Shown one piece after another: positions 1 to 9,733 of a DNA stretch of 64,000 nt; the stretch's first letter is position 1, and each line of letters starts with the position of its first letter. Under the pieces are notes generated by a model, which saw only the letters and a program-made list of their open reading frames with translations, made no database searches and was not told the origin of the DNA. Both the position numbers and the translations under genes were made by a program. Origin of the DNA: an uncultured delta proteobacterium (GTDB lineage: Bacteria; Myxococcota; Myxococcia; Myxococcales; Myxococcaceae). The stretch lies in NCBI GenBank assembly GCA_963771175.1, contig CAVYSY010000032.1, forward strand, positions 192,001 to 256,000. Direction: 5' to 3'.

Positions 1-1033
1 TCGCTCCAGCGCCGCCACGGTGACGCCGTGCTGCCGGACATCTGCGCCACCTTCCCGCGCGTCGTCACGAAGTGGGGCGAGCAGGTGGAAGTCACGGGAA
101 CCCTGGCCTGCCCGGAGGTGGCGCGCCAGTGCTTGCTGGAGGAGGACGCGGTGGAGCCGGTCTCCTCGCCCGCCCTGTCCCAGCACGTACCCCGGCCGGA
201 ATCGGCGAGACACATTCCGCTCGACGCAGAGGACGCCTACGGCTTCCACGCGGACACGGTGCGCGCGGCGATGCTGCGACTCCTGCACCGGCGCGAGTAT
301 CCCCTCGCCTCGCGGCTCGCCCTGCTGGGGCACCTGGCGTACGGGCTGGACGACTTCTACTTCCAAGGGACGGAGTCCTTCCGAGGCGAGGAACGTGCAG
401 GGGCCGAGCTCGCTTTGGCCGAGGTGCTCCAGCGCTTCGAGTCCCCGGACGAGCTGGACGAGGTGCACCGGGACTTCTCCTCGCTGGCGCTCCCCGGAGG
501 CCCCTGCGTGGGCCTGTTCACCTCGGTGCTGAAGGCCCGGATGGCCGCCGGTCGCGGTGAGCGGTTCTCCACCCTGGTCCGTGGCGTGCTGGAGTCCCTC
601 CCCCTCGGTGAAGGCAGCCCGGGAGAGCTGGACTCGGCCTGGAGCACCTACGCGGAGCGGTGGCGACGCATGGAAGCGCTGCACGGCGTACGGGTGCACC
701 AGTACTTCCACAACTACGCCGTCCACCAGCTCTGGCGCAGCCCGTTCACTGATGCGCCGAGCCTGCTCGCGTACGTGTTCCGCCTCGTCCTGCGGGTGGG
801 GCTGCTCCGGCTGGCGCTCGTGGGCCATCCCCGAGTGGTGGCGCTCTAGCCAGGAACCATCCCCCACCGCCGAATCCCAGGAGCAACTGGACCGGGCGGC
901 GGTGGAGACCTTCCAGCTCGTGGCGAAGCACGTGGAACAGGCGCCGGACTTCCTCTCACTCGCCGAGGGGCTCGTGGGCCCGGGGCGCGGCGCGGACGCC
1001 CTGGGCAAGGTGCTCGTCTTCGCGACGTTCTGA
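1..1033 (+). CDS. Flagellin lysine-N-methylase (FliB)-like protein; 5'-truncated by the window edge, one frameshift near 846
   Basis: ORF 28..849 has PDICATFPR and TGTLACPEVARQCLL, resembling the FliB C..(Y/F)PR and LSCPEAAR motifs. The reading continues in the frame ending ...GKVLVFATF* at 1033. Confidence 0.6.
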
Positions 1034-1038
1034 GCGAG

Positions 1039-2400
1039 TCAGCCCTGGACGAACTCGACGGAGAGTGCCGCGCCTGGCGGGCGGTGGCTCCACTCCTGGA
1101 AGGACGCGCGGAAGTCGTCCACCGTCCGTGCGAGCGCACTTCCGGGGCGTGCCGAGAGGGCATTGGCGCCATCCCGCGAGGAGAGGCCGATGATGAAGGG
1201 GCCCTCGGGCTCCGCGCTCGGGAAGGGCCGCACGAAGAGCCCGCGGTCGGCCTCCATCCGGTACACCAGCGCCGAGAGATGCCCGAGCACCCAGCCCGCG
1301 GCCGCCTCGCGCACCTCGGAGGAAGGCGCCTCGACGGAGACCACGAGCCGCACGGACATCTCCTTGTCGAGGTCCGCCGGCTCGAACAGCGCCGCCCAGG
1401 CCGCCACCGAGTCCTCGGCGCGCGCCCGACGCACCACCTCACGCGCCCGGACGAGCTCGTCGCGCAGCACTCGGAGCGTCGAGCGTGAGACGTTGCGCGC
1501 GGAGTTGCGAGGCGGCAGCGTGGGCGCCACCACCGGCATGAGGTCCCTGCGGTTGCCGAGCTGGTAGTGCGCCGTCTCGGAGGTCAGGGTGACGGGCCGA
1601 GGCCAGGGCCAGGTGGCGAACGTCTCGAAGAACCAGGCGAGCAACCCGCTGTCCGAGCTCGCGGCCTCCCGGGGCGCGCGCGTACACGCCCAGGCCACCA
1701 GCACCGCCCACGACAGCCCGCCCAGGTAGCCCAGCGCGTGCGAGTACACCCCGCGAGCCTTCGCCCAGGCCCGCACGGCGCGCATGACCGTGCGGAAGCG
1801 CTCGGGCCCCACCCCCTCCCGCTCCACGCAGTCGAGCAGCGCCCGCGTGTCCGTCCAACCGTTGAGCGCTCGGAAGCTGATGGTGTCCAGCCGCTCCCCG
1901 TGTCGAGCCAGCAGCTCCGCGGGGGGACATGGCTCCACACCTTCGGGGCGGCGCGCGTACGACACGTCGAATTGCACGCCGTCGAGTGCCACCTTCACCA
2001 GGGGCAGGGCGGCGTCGGCCACGAAGCGCGAGCCCGAGTGCCCCTCCTGCCCGGCCAGAAGCGAGGTGAGCGCGTGCGCGAAGTCCTCGCGGGACAGGCT
2101 CGCGGGCCCGACCGCCACCGCGTCCACGTCACTCCCGGCGTTGTCCGTGCCGAGCAGGTACGAGCCATACGGGTGGAGCTCCGCCCCGAGCCGGGCGCAC
2201 AGGGCCTGGAGCCTGCCCACCACGGCCCGGCGCGCCTGCCGCACCTCGTCGGATGGGCCTGCCACTCGCGCCGACAGCACGGTGTGGAGCGAGTCCTTCA
2301 CCTCGGGAGTGGAACGGGGCCGGCCGAAGCGAGGCCCCCCGTCCCGCCGTGGACGCCGGGCACCGCCGAGCGGCACGCGCCGACGCACCTCGAAGCGGCC
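1039..2400 (-). CDS. Eukaryotic-type poly(A) polymerase module; C-terminal part of the 1039..4180 fusion gene
   Basis: YGSYLLG...SDVDAV and QFDVSY give the Pol-beta acidic triad. RAVRAWAKARGVYSHALGYLGGLSWAVLVA, FFETFATWPWPRPV and LMPVVAPTLPPRNSARNVSRST match PAP_central motifs of canonical PAP. Confidence 0.85.
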   Translation of the reverse strand, partial: GRFEVRRRVPLGGARRPRRDGGPRFGRPRSTPEVKDSLHTVLSARVAGPSDEVRQARRAVVGRLQALCARLGAELHPYGSYLLGTDNAGSDVDAVAVGPASLSREDFAHALTSLLAGQEGHSGSRFVADAALPLVKVALDGVQFDVSYARRPEGVEPCPPAELLARHGERLDTISFRALNGWTDTRALLDCVEREGVGPERFRTVMRAVRAWAKARGVYSHALGYLGGLSWAVLVAWACTRAPREAASSDSGLLAWFFETFATWPWPRPVTLTSETAHYQLGNRRDLMPVVAPTLPPRNSARNVSRSTLRVLRDELVRAREVVRRARAEDSVAAWAALFEPADLDKEMSVRLVVSVEAPSSEVREAAAGWVLGHLSALVYRMEADRGLFVRPFPSAEPEGPFIIGLSSRDGANALSARPGSALARTVDDFRASFQEWSHRPPGAALSVEFVQG

Positions 2401-2403
2401 CTC

Positions 2404-2900
2404 TCACCGCGCTGGCTGGTGAGGCACACGTCGCTCACCTCGAAGCGAGAGCGGGCGCCAGTCCCGCTCCCATGTGGCCAGCGTGCGCCGGGTGTCAGCC
2501 GCCGCCGCACGCGGGAGCTGCCCGACGGTCAGGTGCGGTCTGAACTCGTGCTCGAACTCGCGCCGCTGTGCCTCGCTCCGAGGAAACACCGCCTCGAGTG
2601 CGGCGTGCAGCGCCTTCAGCGCACCGTGCGGGCGATCGTCCGGGCGGAGCCAGGCCGTCACGTCGGCACGGTGCTCGAAATACCCGAAGCCCGAGAGCGA
2701 CACCTCGAAGGGCTCGATGTCCCGGAGCGCCTCCGCGATGAGCGCCTCCGCCTCGTCGAAGTGCTCCTCTGGCACGAAGGGGAAGAGCAGCGTCACGTGC
2801 GGCATCCAGCGCTGCGTACTTCGAGTCGTGCACCTTGCGCAGGGCCTGGATGGGAGCCCACAGCTCCTCGGGAGGGATGAGCACCAGGACCGACTGGCGG
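2404..2900 (-). CDS. 2H phosphoesterase (2'-5' RNA ligase-like, LENG9-type) module; middle part of the fusion gene
   Basis: Two HxT motifs (WMPHVTLLFPF and FRPHLTVGQ), preceded by LIPPEELWAPIQALRKVHD in the upstream frame. Single-base indels at about 2815, 2450 and 2402. Confidence 0.8.
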
Positions 2901-4180
2901 ACGAGCGGCACCGTCAGCGCTTGGGGAGTCGCCTTGATGGGCTTGGGCGCCGGAGCCTGGCGAGACACGGTGTCACGGCGCAGCACACAGCTCAGCCCGA
3001 AGTGGTCCGACGCGAAGAGCACATCCCCTCCGGGACCTGGAGGGCCCGAGAGAGGCTGTTCGGCGAAGAGACCCACCTTCTGTGGGGCAAGCCTTCCAGA
3101 GACCGAGCGCACGAGTACGCGATCAAGGCGCTGTCTCCGACCCGAGGTGGTCGTGAGCGCGGCGAGCGTGTTGCGCGACGGATCGAACGTATATCCCGCA
3201 TCGCCGGGCTTCAGTGCCGTCCAGGCATCGACGAAGCCGGCCTGCGCGAAGCGCTGGAGCTCGGGCGCGTCGTCGCCGAAGTTGAAGTCACCCACCAGCG
3301 CGACATCGGGTGCCTGAGTCCCCTCGCTGCCGAGAGACAGAGCCCATTCGATGAGGGTCTGGACCTGGGTAGCCCGCGCCGAGCCGCCAGAGCTGTCCCG
3401 GTTGCTCGTCAGGTGCGGAGTGGCCACCCACAGCGTGCCGCCCGGAAGCGCGAGCTCGCCCGCGATGATGCGCTTGTCACGAGAGAAGACGCACTGGCTC
3501 AGCGAAGCGAACGGGAAGCGGGAGAGGAGGACCTGCCCATAGGGCTCGACGGTGGATGCGGCCGGGCCCTCCGAGACGAAGTAGTGCTCGCGCACCCACT
3601 GCTTCTCGAGCAACGCGCGGAGGAAGGGAGCGGTGACTTCCTGCAGGGCGATGATGTCGGCATCGACCGAGCGCAGCAGGGAGAGCGTCGCGGCGGTCCG
3701 CCGGTGCGTGGCGAGCAACTCCGGGTCATACAGGTCGAACAGGACGTTGAACGTGGCGACCGAGAGTTCCGCGACAGCGGGGAGGGCCTCGGCACCACGG
3801 GCCGGCCGTTCTGCTTCGACCCAAGCCGTGGCTCGCGAGTCGTAGCGATAACAAGGCAGGGGCGAGAAGCGAGGCCCGCTCTCGACGGAGGGAGGAGGCA
3901 GTGGCGGAGGCGGTGCGGGCGCCTCCGAAGGTCCGAGGGAAAGCTCGGACATCCGGTCGATGCGTTCGCGGCGGTCCCACACCACCTCGTGGCCACGCCG
4001 GAAGAACCAGACGCGGTGCCAGGGAATCTCCCCGTCGGGGACGAACGCCATGAAGGGGATTTCCTCCAGGTGCTCGCCACGCGCGTCGTAGCCGATGGTG
4101 AACTCGCGCGAGTCGAGCCGAGGGTCCCACCGGATGCGGTGGTACACCTCGCGGCTGGTCTGGAATCTGTCCTGAGACAT
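2900..4180 (-). CDS. MJ1316/DUF504 RNA-repair domain plus endonuclease/exonuclease/phosphatase (EEP) domain; N-terminal part of the fusion gene
   Basis: SREVYHRIRWDP...IGY...EIPWHRVWFFRR...VWDRRERID is the MJ1316 pattern. TFNVL, IALQEV, GDFN, YTFD, RLDRVL and SDHFGL are EEP motifs. Confidence 0.85.
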
Positions 4181-4337
4181 GGCAGTGGCCCTCGCGAAAC
4201 GGATGGACGACTCGGAGGGGCCTCTGCTTCAGGGCCGGGACAAGCCGAGTGCACGCGGAAGCGCCCCCGCGCGACGCACCAGACGCCACGCACGCGCCGG
4301 GCCTGACAATCTCGGTAGACGGTGGCCAGGGCCCTGC

Positions 4338-5030
4338 TCAGGCAGCCTGCTCTTGAACCCGCTCGTCGCCGACGATGCGCCCGTCCGCCAGGCGCACGAT
4401 GCGGTCTCCCACCGCCGCGGCCTTCGGGTCGTGCGTCACCATCACCACCGTCAGCCCGCGCTCCCGCGTGGCCTCGCGCAGCATCCGCAGCACCTCCGTG
4501 CCCGTGCGCGAGTCCAGGTTCCCCGTCGGCTCGTCCGCCAGCAGCACCGCCGGCTCCGCCAGCAGCGCCCTCGCCACCGCCACCCGCTGCATCTCGCCAC
4601 CGCTCAGCTCGTCCGGCCGGTGGTGCGTGCGGCCTCCCAGGCCCACCGTCTCCAGCAGCACCTCGGCCCGCCGCCGCAGCTCCGCCTGCGCCCGGCCCGC
4701 CAGCAGCCCCGGCAGCATCACGTTCTCCAGCGCCGTCAGCGTGGGCATCAGGTTGAAGAACTGGAACACGAAGCCCAGCCGCTCGCGCCGGAACGCGGAC
4801 AGCTCGTCGTCCTTCATCCGCGACAGCTCGCGCCCGTCGATGCGCAGCGACCCCGAGCTCGGCACGTCCAGCGCGCCCAGCAGGTTCAGCAGCGTGCTCT
4901 TCCCCGAGCCCGACGGTCCCATCACCGAGAGGAACTCGCCCCTCGGCACCGCCAACGACACGCCCGCCAGCGCTCGCACCTCCGTGCGCCCGCGTCGGTA
5001 CACCTTCGTGGCGTCGACGATGTCGATCAT
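4338..5030 (-). CDS. ABC transporter ATP-binding protein (LolD/MacB-like)
   Basis: Starts MIDIVDATK at 5030, overlapping the batE stop. GPSGSGKS, LSGGEMQR, LADEPTGNLD, VTHD. Confidence 0.92.
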   Translation of the reverse strand: MIDIVDATKVYRRGRTEVRALAGVSLAVPRGEFLSVMGPSGSGKSTLLNLLGALDVPSSGSLRIDGRELSRMKDDELSAFRRERLGFVFQFFNLMPTLTALENVMLPGLLAGRAQAELRRRAEVLLETVGLGGRTHHRPDELSGGEMQRVAVARALLAEPAVLLADEPTGNLDSRTGTEVLRMLREATRERGLTVVMVTHDPKAAAVGDRIVRLADGRIVGDERVQEQAA

Positions 5031-5776
5031 ATCTCCGCCACGCCCTCGCGCTCGGCCCAGCCCTCCAGGCCGTTGGGCAGGCGGATGCGCACGTAGCGTC
5101 CCGTCTCCTCCATCACCCGCACCTTCAGGCCGGGATGCACCTCGAAGGACACCTTGGCCTCGTCCCGGGGGAACTCGCGGGCGCGCAGCGTGGGCGCGAC
5201 GACCACGGCCTCGTGCACCGTCTCGTGGACCCAGACGTGCGCGGCCAGCAGCGCGCCAGCCGGCACCGACGCGGCCAGCAGCACGCCGCCCACCACCGCC
5301 GCCCAGGTGCGGTGGCCCGGCCGCAGCAGCCGGAAGAGGAACAAGAAGGCGAAGCCCGCGAGCCACGTCCCGAGGAACACCCACGCCACGAGGTTGCCAG
5401 GAGTGGCGGCCACCACGCGCTGCAGGAAGGGCTCCTCGGGCGCGTTGCCCACCACCTTGTCGAGCTGCTGCGCCCGGGCGAGCGAGAGGTTCGCCTCGAG
5501 GTCCGGGCCCTCGCCTCCAGCCTTGCGTGCCCGCTCGAAGGAAAGAATCGCGTAGCCCAGATTCCCTCGCGCCAGGTGCGTGGTGCCCAGGTTGTAGAGC
5601 AGGTCCGGGCCGCCGAAGCCGTGCGAGAGCAGCTTCTCGTAGCCCTCCTGCGCGGCGGCGTAGTCCTGCTTGTAGAAGGCCTCGTTGGCCTGCTGGTAGA
5701 AGGCCTGGGCCTCCTCGGGGGAGTAGTAGCCCTGCCCCAGCAGCGTGGCCACGAGGATGGCGGTGATGGCGCTCAC
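5027..5776 (-). CDS. batE: BatE-like TPR / transmembrane / SH3 protein
   Basis: TPR (LLYNLGTTHLARGNLGYAI), two TM segments, SH3b-like end (VHPGLKVRV...IRLPNGLEGW). Last bat gene of the operon. Confidence 0.75.
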   Translation of the reverse strand: MSAITAILVATLLGQGYYSPEEAQAFYQQANEAFYKQDYAAAQEGYEKLLSHGFGGPDLLYNLGTTHLARGNLGYAILSFERARKAGGEGPDLEANLSLARAQQLDKVVGNAPEEPFLQRVVAATPGNLVAWVFLGTWLAGFAFLFLFRLLRPGHRTWAAVVGGVLLAASVPAGALLAAHVWVHETVHEAVVVAPTLRAREFPRDEAKVSFEVHPGLKVRVMEETGRYVRIRLPNGLEGWAEREGVAEI

Positions 5777-7659
5777 TTGTCCCAACCCTCCATGACGGCC
5801 GCGGCGTCATCCAGGATGCGCTCGCGGGCGGCCGGCTCGGCACCGGGGGCGAAGCGGCCGGCGTCACACGACTCCAGCACGAAGCGCACCCGCTGACGGC
5901 GCTCCACGTCCACACCGGCCTCGGTCAGCTTCGCCTCCAGCGCGTCGCGCGTGAGGCCACCCACCGGCACCTTCAGCCGGGCCTCCAGGAAGTCCAGCAC
6001 GGCCTTCTCCACCTCGCCGTAGAAGGCGCTGGAACTGCCCGTGCGCAGCTTCTCCGCCTCGGCCAGCCGCTTGCGCGCGGCCTTGGCCCGCTGCCGGTTG
6101 CGGCTGCCCTCGTCCTCGCGCGACAGCCGCCCGCGCACCAGCCCCACCACGCCCAGGGCCAGCATCAGCCCCACCGGCGTCAGCACCGCGGGCAGGAAGA
6201 AGGGTCGCTGCCACACCGCCGCCGCTGGCTCCTCGAAGCGGGCCTGGTAGCGCAGCGGGCGCAGGCCGCTCGCGGTGAGGACGTTCTTCTGCTCGGCCGC
6301 CGCGTCCGCCATCTGCGTGGGCGAGCTCGTCGGCGCGGACGCCACCCCACCCGCTCCGGGCTCCACGGTGAGCTCCACCGGATCGGTGCGAGACACCTCG
6401 TAGCTGCCCGTCTTCGGGTCGAAGTAGGGGAACTCGAGCGCCGGCAGGGTGAAGGTGCCCGTGCGCTGCGGCATCACCAGGTACTCCTGCACCCGGCTGC
6501 CCTGGATGCGGAAGCGGTTGGGCGTCACCTTGTCCGTCGTCTTCGGGTCGTACACCTTGAGCGCGGCGGGCGCCTCCAGCCGAGGCGGGGTGACGTTCTT
6601 CACGTTGCCCGAGCCCTCGAGGATGACCTTCACCGTGACGGGCTGGCCCAGCTCCACGCTCGTCTGGGACACCTCCATGGACAGCCGCCACTCGCCCACG
6701 TTGGCGCTCGACATGCCCTTGGGCCCGCCCGGCGGCAGCGGCTTCACCTGCACGTCCAGCTCGTTGGAGACGCGGTGCACCCGGTGGCCGGCGAAGAGGA
6801 AGCCGGTGGTGATGTCCGCCTCGGCGGGGGTGATGGACAGACGGCCGCTCTTCATCGGGAAGAGCGCGCGCCGCCGCAGCAGGTAGGCGCGGTAGGGGAT
6901 GCCGTTGACGACGCGCTGCTCGCTCGAGAGCTGCGTGGGGCTCTCCACGTCCTCGCTCCAGAAGCCCTCCAGCTTGGGCATGGTCACCGCGTCCACGCTG
7001 GACAGGTCCACGCGCGAGTAGATGTAGAGCGACAGCGTCACCTGCTCGCCCACGTACACCTGCTTCTTGTCGACGCTGGCGCGCAGGAACAGGTCCGAGT
7101 CCCCGCGCGGAATCCGCAGGTCCTCCGACTGTCGTCCCGCGGATCCTCCTCGTCCTCCTCCTCCTCGCCGAGCGGGTCCTGCATGCCGCCGAAGGGGAAG
7201 TTGCGGAACGGATCCGGCAGTTGCTGGCGGTTCGCCTGCGCGGGCGGCGAGACCCGGCCCTTGCGCACCGTCATCTTGATGGGCTCGGTGCGGTAGGTGC
7301 GGCCCCCAGCGGTGAGCACGCGCCGGAGGAATCGTGAGGGAGCCGGTGCGGTTGGCGCGCATCATCAGCACGTACTTGCGCACCGTCTGGATGACGGGCG
7401 GACCGCCTCCGCTCAGCTCGATGGAGCGCTGGGTGCTCTGCGAGGACGACAGCACCTCGAAGTCATCGGGTGCCGGAAACTGCAGCTGCGCGTTGTCCGG
7501 CGGGTCGACCATCACCACGGTGAGCTGGAAGATGTCCTCCGTGCCCACCTCGGTGCGGTCCACCGTCTGGTAGAACTCGACTCCCGCCCACGCTGGCATC
7601 GCCGCCAGCAGCAGGGCGAGCGCGGCCAGCGCCGCGCCACCGCTACCAGTCCTTCTCAT
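5773..7659 (-). CDS. batD: BatD family protein (local indels at about 7130-7330)
   Basis: Signal peptide; repeated Ig-like BatD units (VDKKQVYVGEQVTL, VELGQPVTVKVILEGSGN, FPYFDP); C-terminal TM segment. Confidence 0.85.
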   Translation of the reverse strand: MRRTGSGGAALAALALLLAAMPAWAGVEFYQTVDRTEVGTEDIFQLTVVMVDPPDNAQLQFPAPDDFEVLSSSQSTQRSIELSGGGPPVIQTVRKYVLMMRANRTGSLTIPPARAHRWGPHLPHRAHQDDGAQGPGLAARAGEPPATAGSVPQLPLRRHAGPARRGGGGRGGSAGRQSEDLRIPRGDSDLFLRASVDKKQVYVGEQVTLSLYIYSRVDLSSVDAVTMPKLEGFWSEDVESPTQLSSEQRVVNGIPYRAYLLRRRALFPMKSGRLSITPAEADITTGFLFAGHRVHRVSNELDVQVKPLPPGGPKGMSSANVGEWRLSMEVSQTSVELGQPVTVKVILEGSGNVKNVTPPRLEAPAALKVYDPKTTDKVTPNRFRIQGSRVQEYLVMPQRTGTFTLPALEFPYFDPKTGSYEVSRTDPVELTVEPGAGGVASAPTSSPTQMADAAAEQKNVLTASGLRPLRYQARFEEPAAAVWQRPFFLPAVLTPVGLMLALGVVGLVRGRLSREDEGSRNRQRAKAARKRLAEAEKLRTGSSSAFYGEVEKAVLDFLEARLKVPVGGLTRDALEAKLTEAGVDVERRQRVRFVLESCDAGRFAPGAEPAARERILDDAAAVMEGWDK

Positions 7660-8664
7660 TGGGATTCCTCGGCCGCTTCTTCTGCTGGAAGCGCCACAGC
7701 TGGAGATTCTTCTCGTTCTGCTTCATCGCATCCAGGAGCCTGCTCGGCTTCCTGGCGATCGATGTCCTGCTGGTTGACACCTGCATCCGCGGACTCCTCG
7801 GCCTCGCCCTCGGTGCCACCGTCCGACTCCTGGCCCTCGTCCTCGCCCTGGCCCCCATCCCCCTGGCCGCCATCCCCTCCCCACCATCCAGCCGGCATCG
7901 CCCTGGCCGCCATCCGTGCCGCCATCCTGCTGGCCCCCGTCACCCTGGCCAGCATCGCCCTGGCCTCCGTCCTCCTGGCCACCATCGCCCTGGCCTCCGT
8001 CCTGACCGCCGTCCGTCCCGCCATCGTGCCCGCATCCATCCCCGCGTCGCCACCGTCCACGCCGCCATCATCCTTCGGCGTGCCGCCATCATTCTGCTGG
8101 CCGCCATCCTGGCCCGCGTCAGCACCGCCGGCATCCTGGCCACCGTCCGAACCGCCGTCCTGGCCTCCATCCGTGCCGCCATCGCTCCCGACCCTTCTGG
8201 GGCGGAGGCAGGTTCTTCAGCAGCACCTCGAGGTTGTGGCGGGCCTGCTCGTCCGACGGGTCCATCGTGAGCGCGCGGCGGTAGGCCTTCAGCGCCTCGC
8301 GCGTGTTGCCCGTCGCCGCGTGGACGTTGCCCTGGTTGTAGGTGGCCTTCTGCCGCAGCTCTGGCTGCTTGGACTCGCCCACCTGCTGGAAGGCCTTCAG
8401 CGCCTCGTCGTAGCGGCCCAGCTTCATCAGCGCGTCGCCGCGGTTGAACTCCACCGCCGGATCGTTCGGACGCTCCTTCTTCGCCTGCTCGAAGGCCGAG
8501 AGCGCGTCCTCGTAGCGGCCGGCGTCGTAGCGCCGGCGTCCCTGTTGGATGAGCGGGTGCTCCTTCTCCAGCAGCCCCGCGGCCCAGCCCCGGACGGCAG
8601 CGACAGCCCCACGGCAGAGGAGCGCCAGCACCCACGCCCGCATGCCCATGACTCCCCTGCTCAC
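7643..8664 (-). CDS. batC: BatC-like TPR protein with acidic DGG-repeat linker (frameshifted)
   Basis: TPRs (FNRGDALMKLGRYDEA, YNQGNVHA, ARHNLEVLL), low-complexity linker, and C-terminus LLDAMKQNEKNLQ...EKDW typical of BatC. Confidence 0.7.
7820..8190 (-). repeat. Imperfect coding tandem repeat (12-15 bp units encoding DGGQ / GDGGQ / DAG)
   Basis: Many near-copies of gccatcgccctg, gccatcctg and gccgtcc on the + strand, inside batC. Confidence 0.7.
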
Positions 8665-9733
8665 GACGACCTCCGGCGCGCGGACGGCAGCATCAACATC
8701 CCCAGCACCAGCAGCGCGAGGCCCGGCAGGGCGAAGGACTGGAAGCGCTCGTCGTAGCGGACGGTGACGCGGCTCTCGAGCTCGCTCTTCTGCATCGCGG
8801 TCGATGCGCTCGACCACCTCGCCGATGGCCACGCCGCGCGGCTGGTGGAAGTAGGCGCCGCCGGTGGCCTCGGCGATGGCCGCGAGCCCGCGCCGCGTCC
8901 AGCCGGGTGATCACCGTCTCGCCGCGTGCCGGTCCTTCTTGAAGTCGACGAACTCGCCGCGCCGGTCGAGACGGGGATGGGCTCGCCGCTGCTCGCTGCC
9001 CGATGCCCACGGTGAAGCACCTGGATGCCGGCCTCCTTGAGCGCGCTCACGCGCCTCGTCCACCTCGCCCACCAGGTCCTCGCCGTCGGAGAGCAGCACC
9101 ACCACCCGCTCCTTGGCGCCGCGGTCCGCGTTCTCCAGCACCTTCTCGGACGAGCAGCAGCGCGTCGCCGATGTTGGTGCCGCCCTGCGGCATCTGGTCC
9201 GGGTCCACCGCGCGCAGGAAGAGCTTGGCCGCCGAGTAGTCCGAGGTGAGCGGGCACTGGACGAAGGCGTCGCCGGCGAAGGCGACGAGGCCCACCCGGT
9301 CGCCCTTCAGCTCGTCGAGCAGCGTGGTGAGCTCCAGCTTGGCGCGCTCCAGGCGGCTGGGCTGCACGTCGCGGGCGAGCATGGACTTGCGAGCGTCGAG
9401 CGCCACCACCACGTCGATGCCGCGCCGCTTCGTCAGCTCGCTCCGGCTGCCGCACTGGGGCTGGGCCAGCGCCAGCCCGAAGAGGAGCAGCCCCAGTCCG
9501 TAGAAGCCGCCCTGCACCACCGGCGCGCCAGCGCGAGACGCCCGGGGCCGAGGCTTCGTCCACGAGCCGCTCGCCGAGCAGCGCCGCGCACCCGCGAGCG
9601 CCGGCGCAGCGCCGACACGAGGGCCAGGACGCCCACCAGCGCGCACCGCCGCGCACCAGCAGCGAGGAAGGCCGGGCTGCGCCGAGCCCCACCTGGTAGC
9701 CGAGGATGGTGAAGCGCCAGGGGTCCGTCGCAT
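8661..9733 (-). CDS. batB: BatB VWA domain protein (many frameshifts)
   Basis: ALAQPQCG, GIDVVVALDAxKSMLARDVQPSRLERAK, DRVGLVAFAGDAFVQCPLTSDY, VVLLSDGE. Confidence 0.8.

Noticed and set aside
2400..2820. Programmed frameshifting in the RNA-processing fusion
   Set aside because: No slippery heptamers at the junctions, and similar single-base indels occur throughout the window.
2474..4306. Long opposite-strand or alternate-frame ORFs (also 40579..42495, 37926..39374, 46803..48647, 61342..63012)
   Set aside because: Shadow ORFs of high-GC genes. They are Arg/Pro/Ala/His-rich, carry no motifs, and overlap well-supported genes.
7820..8190. Repeat array considered as a possible CRISPR
   Set aside because: Short degenerate in-frame units with no unique spacers and no cas genes; it is a coding linker.
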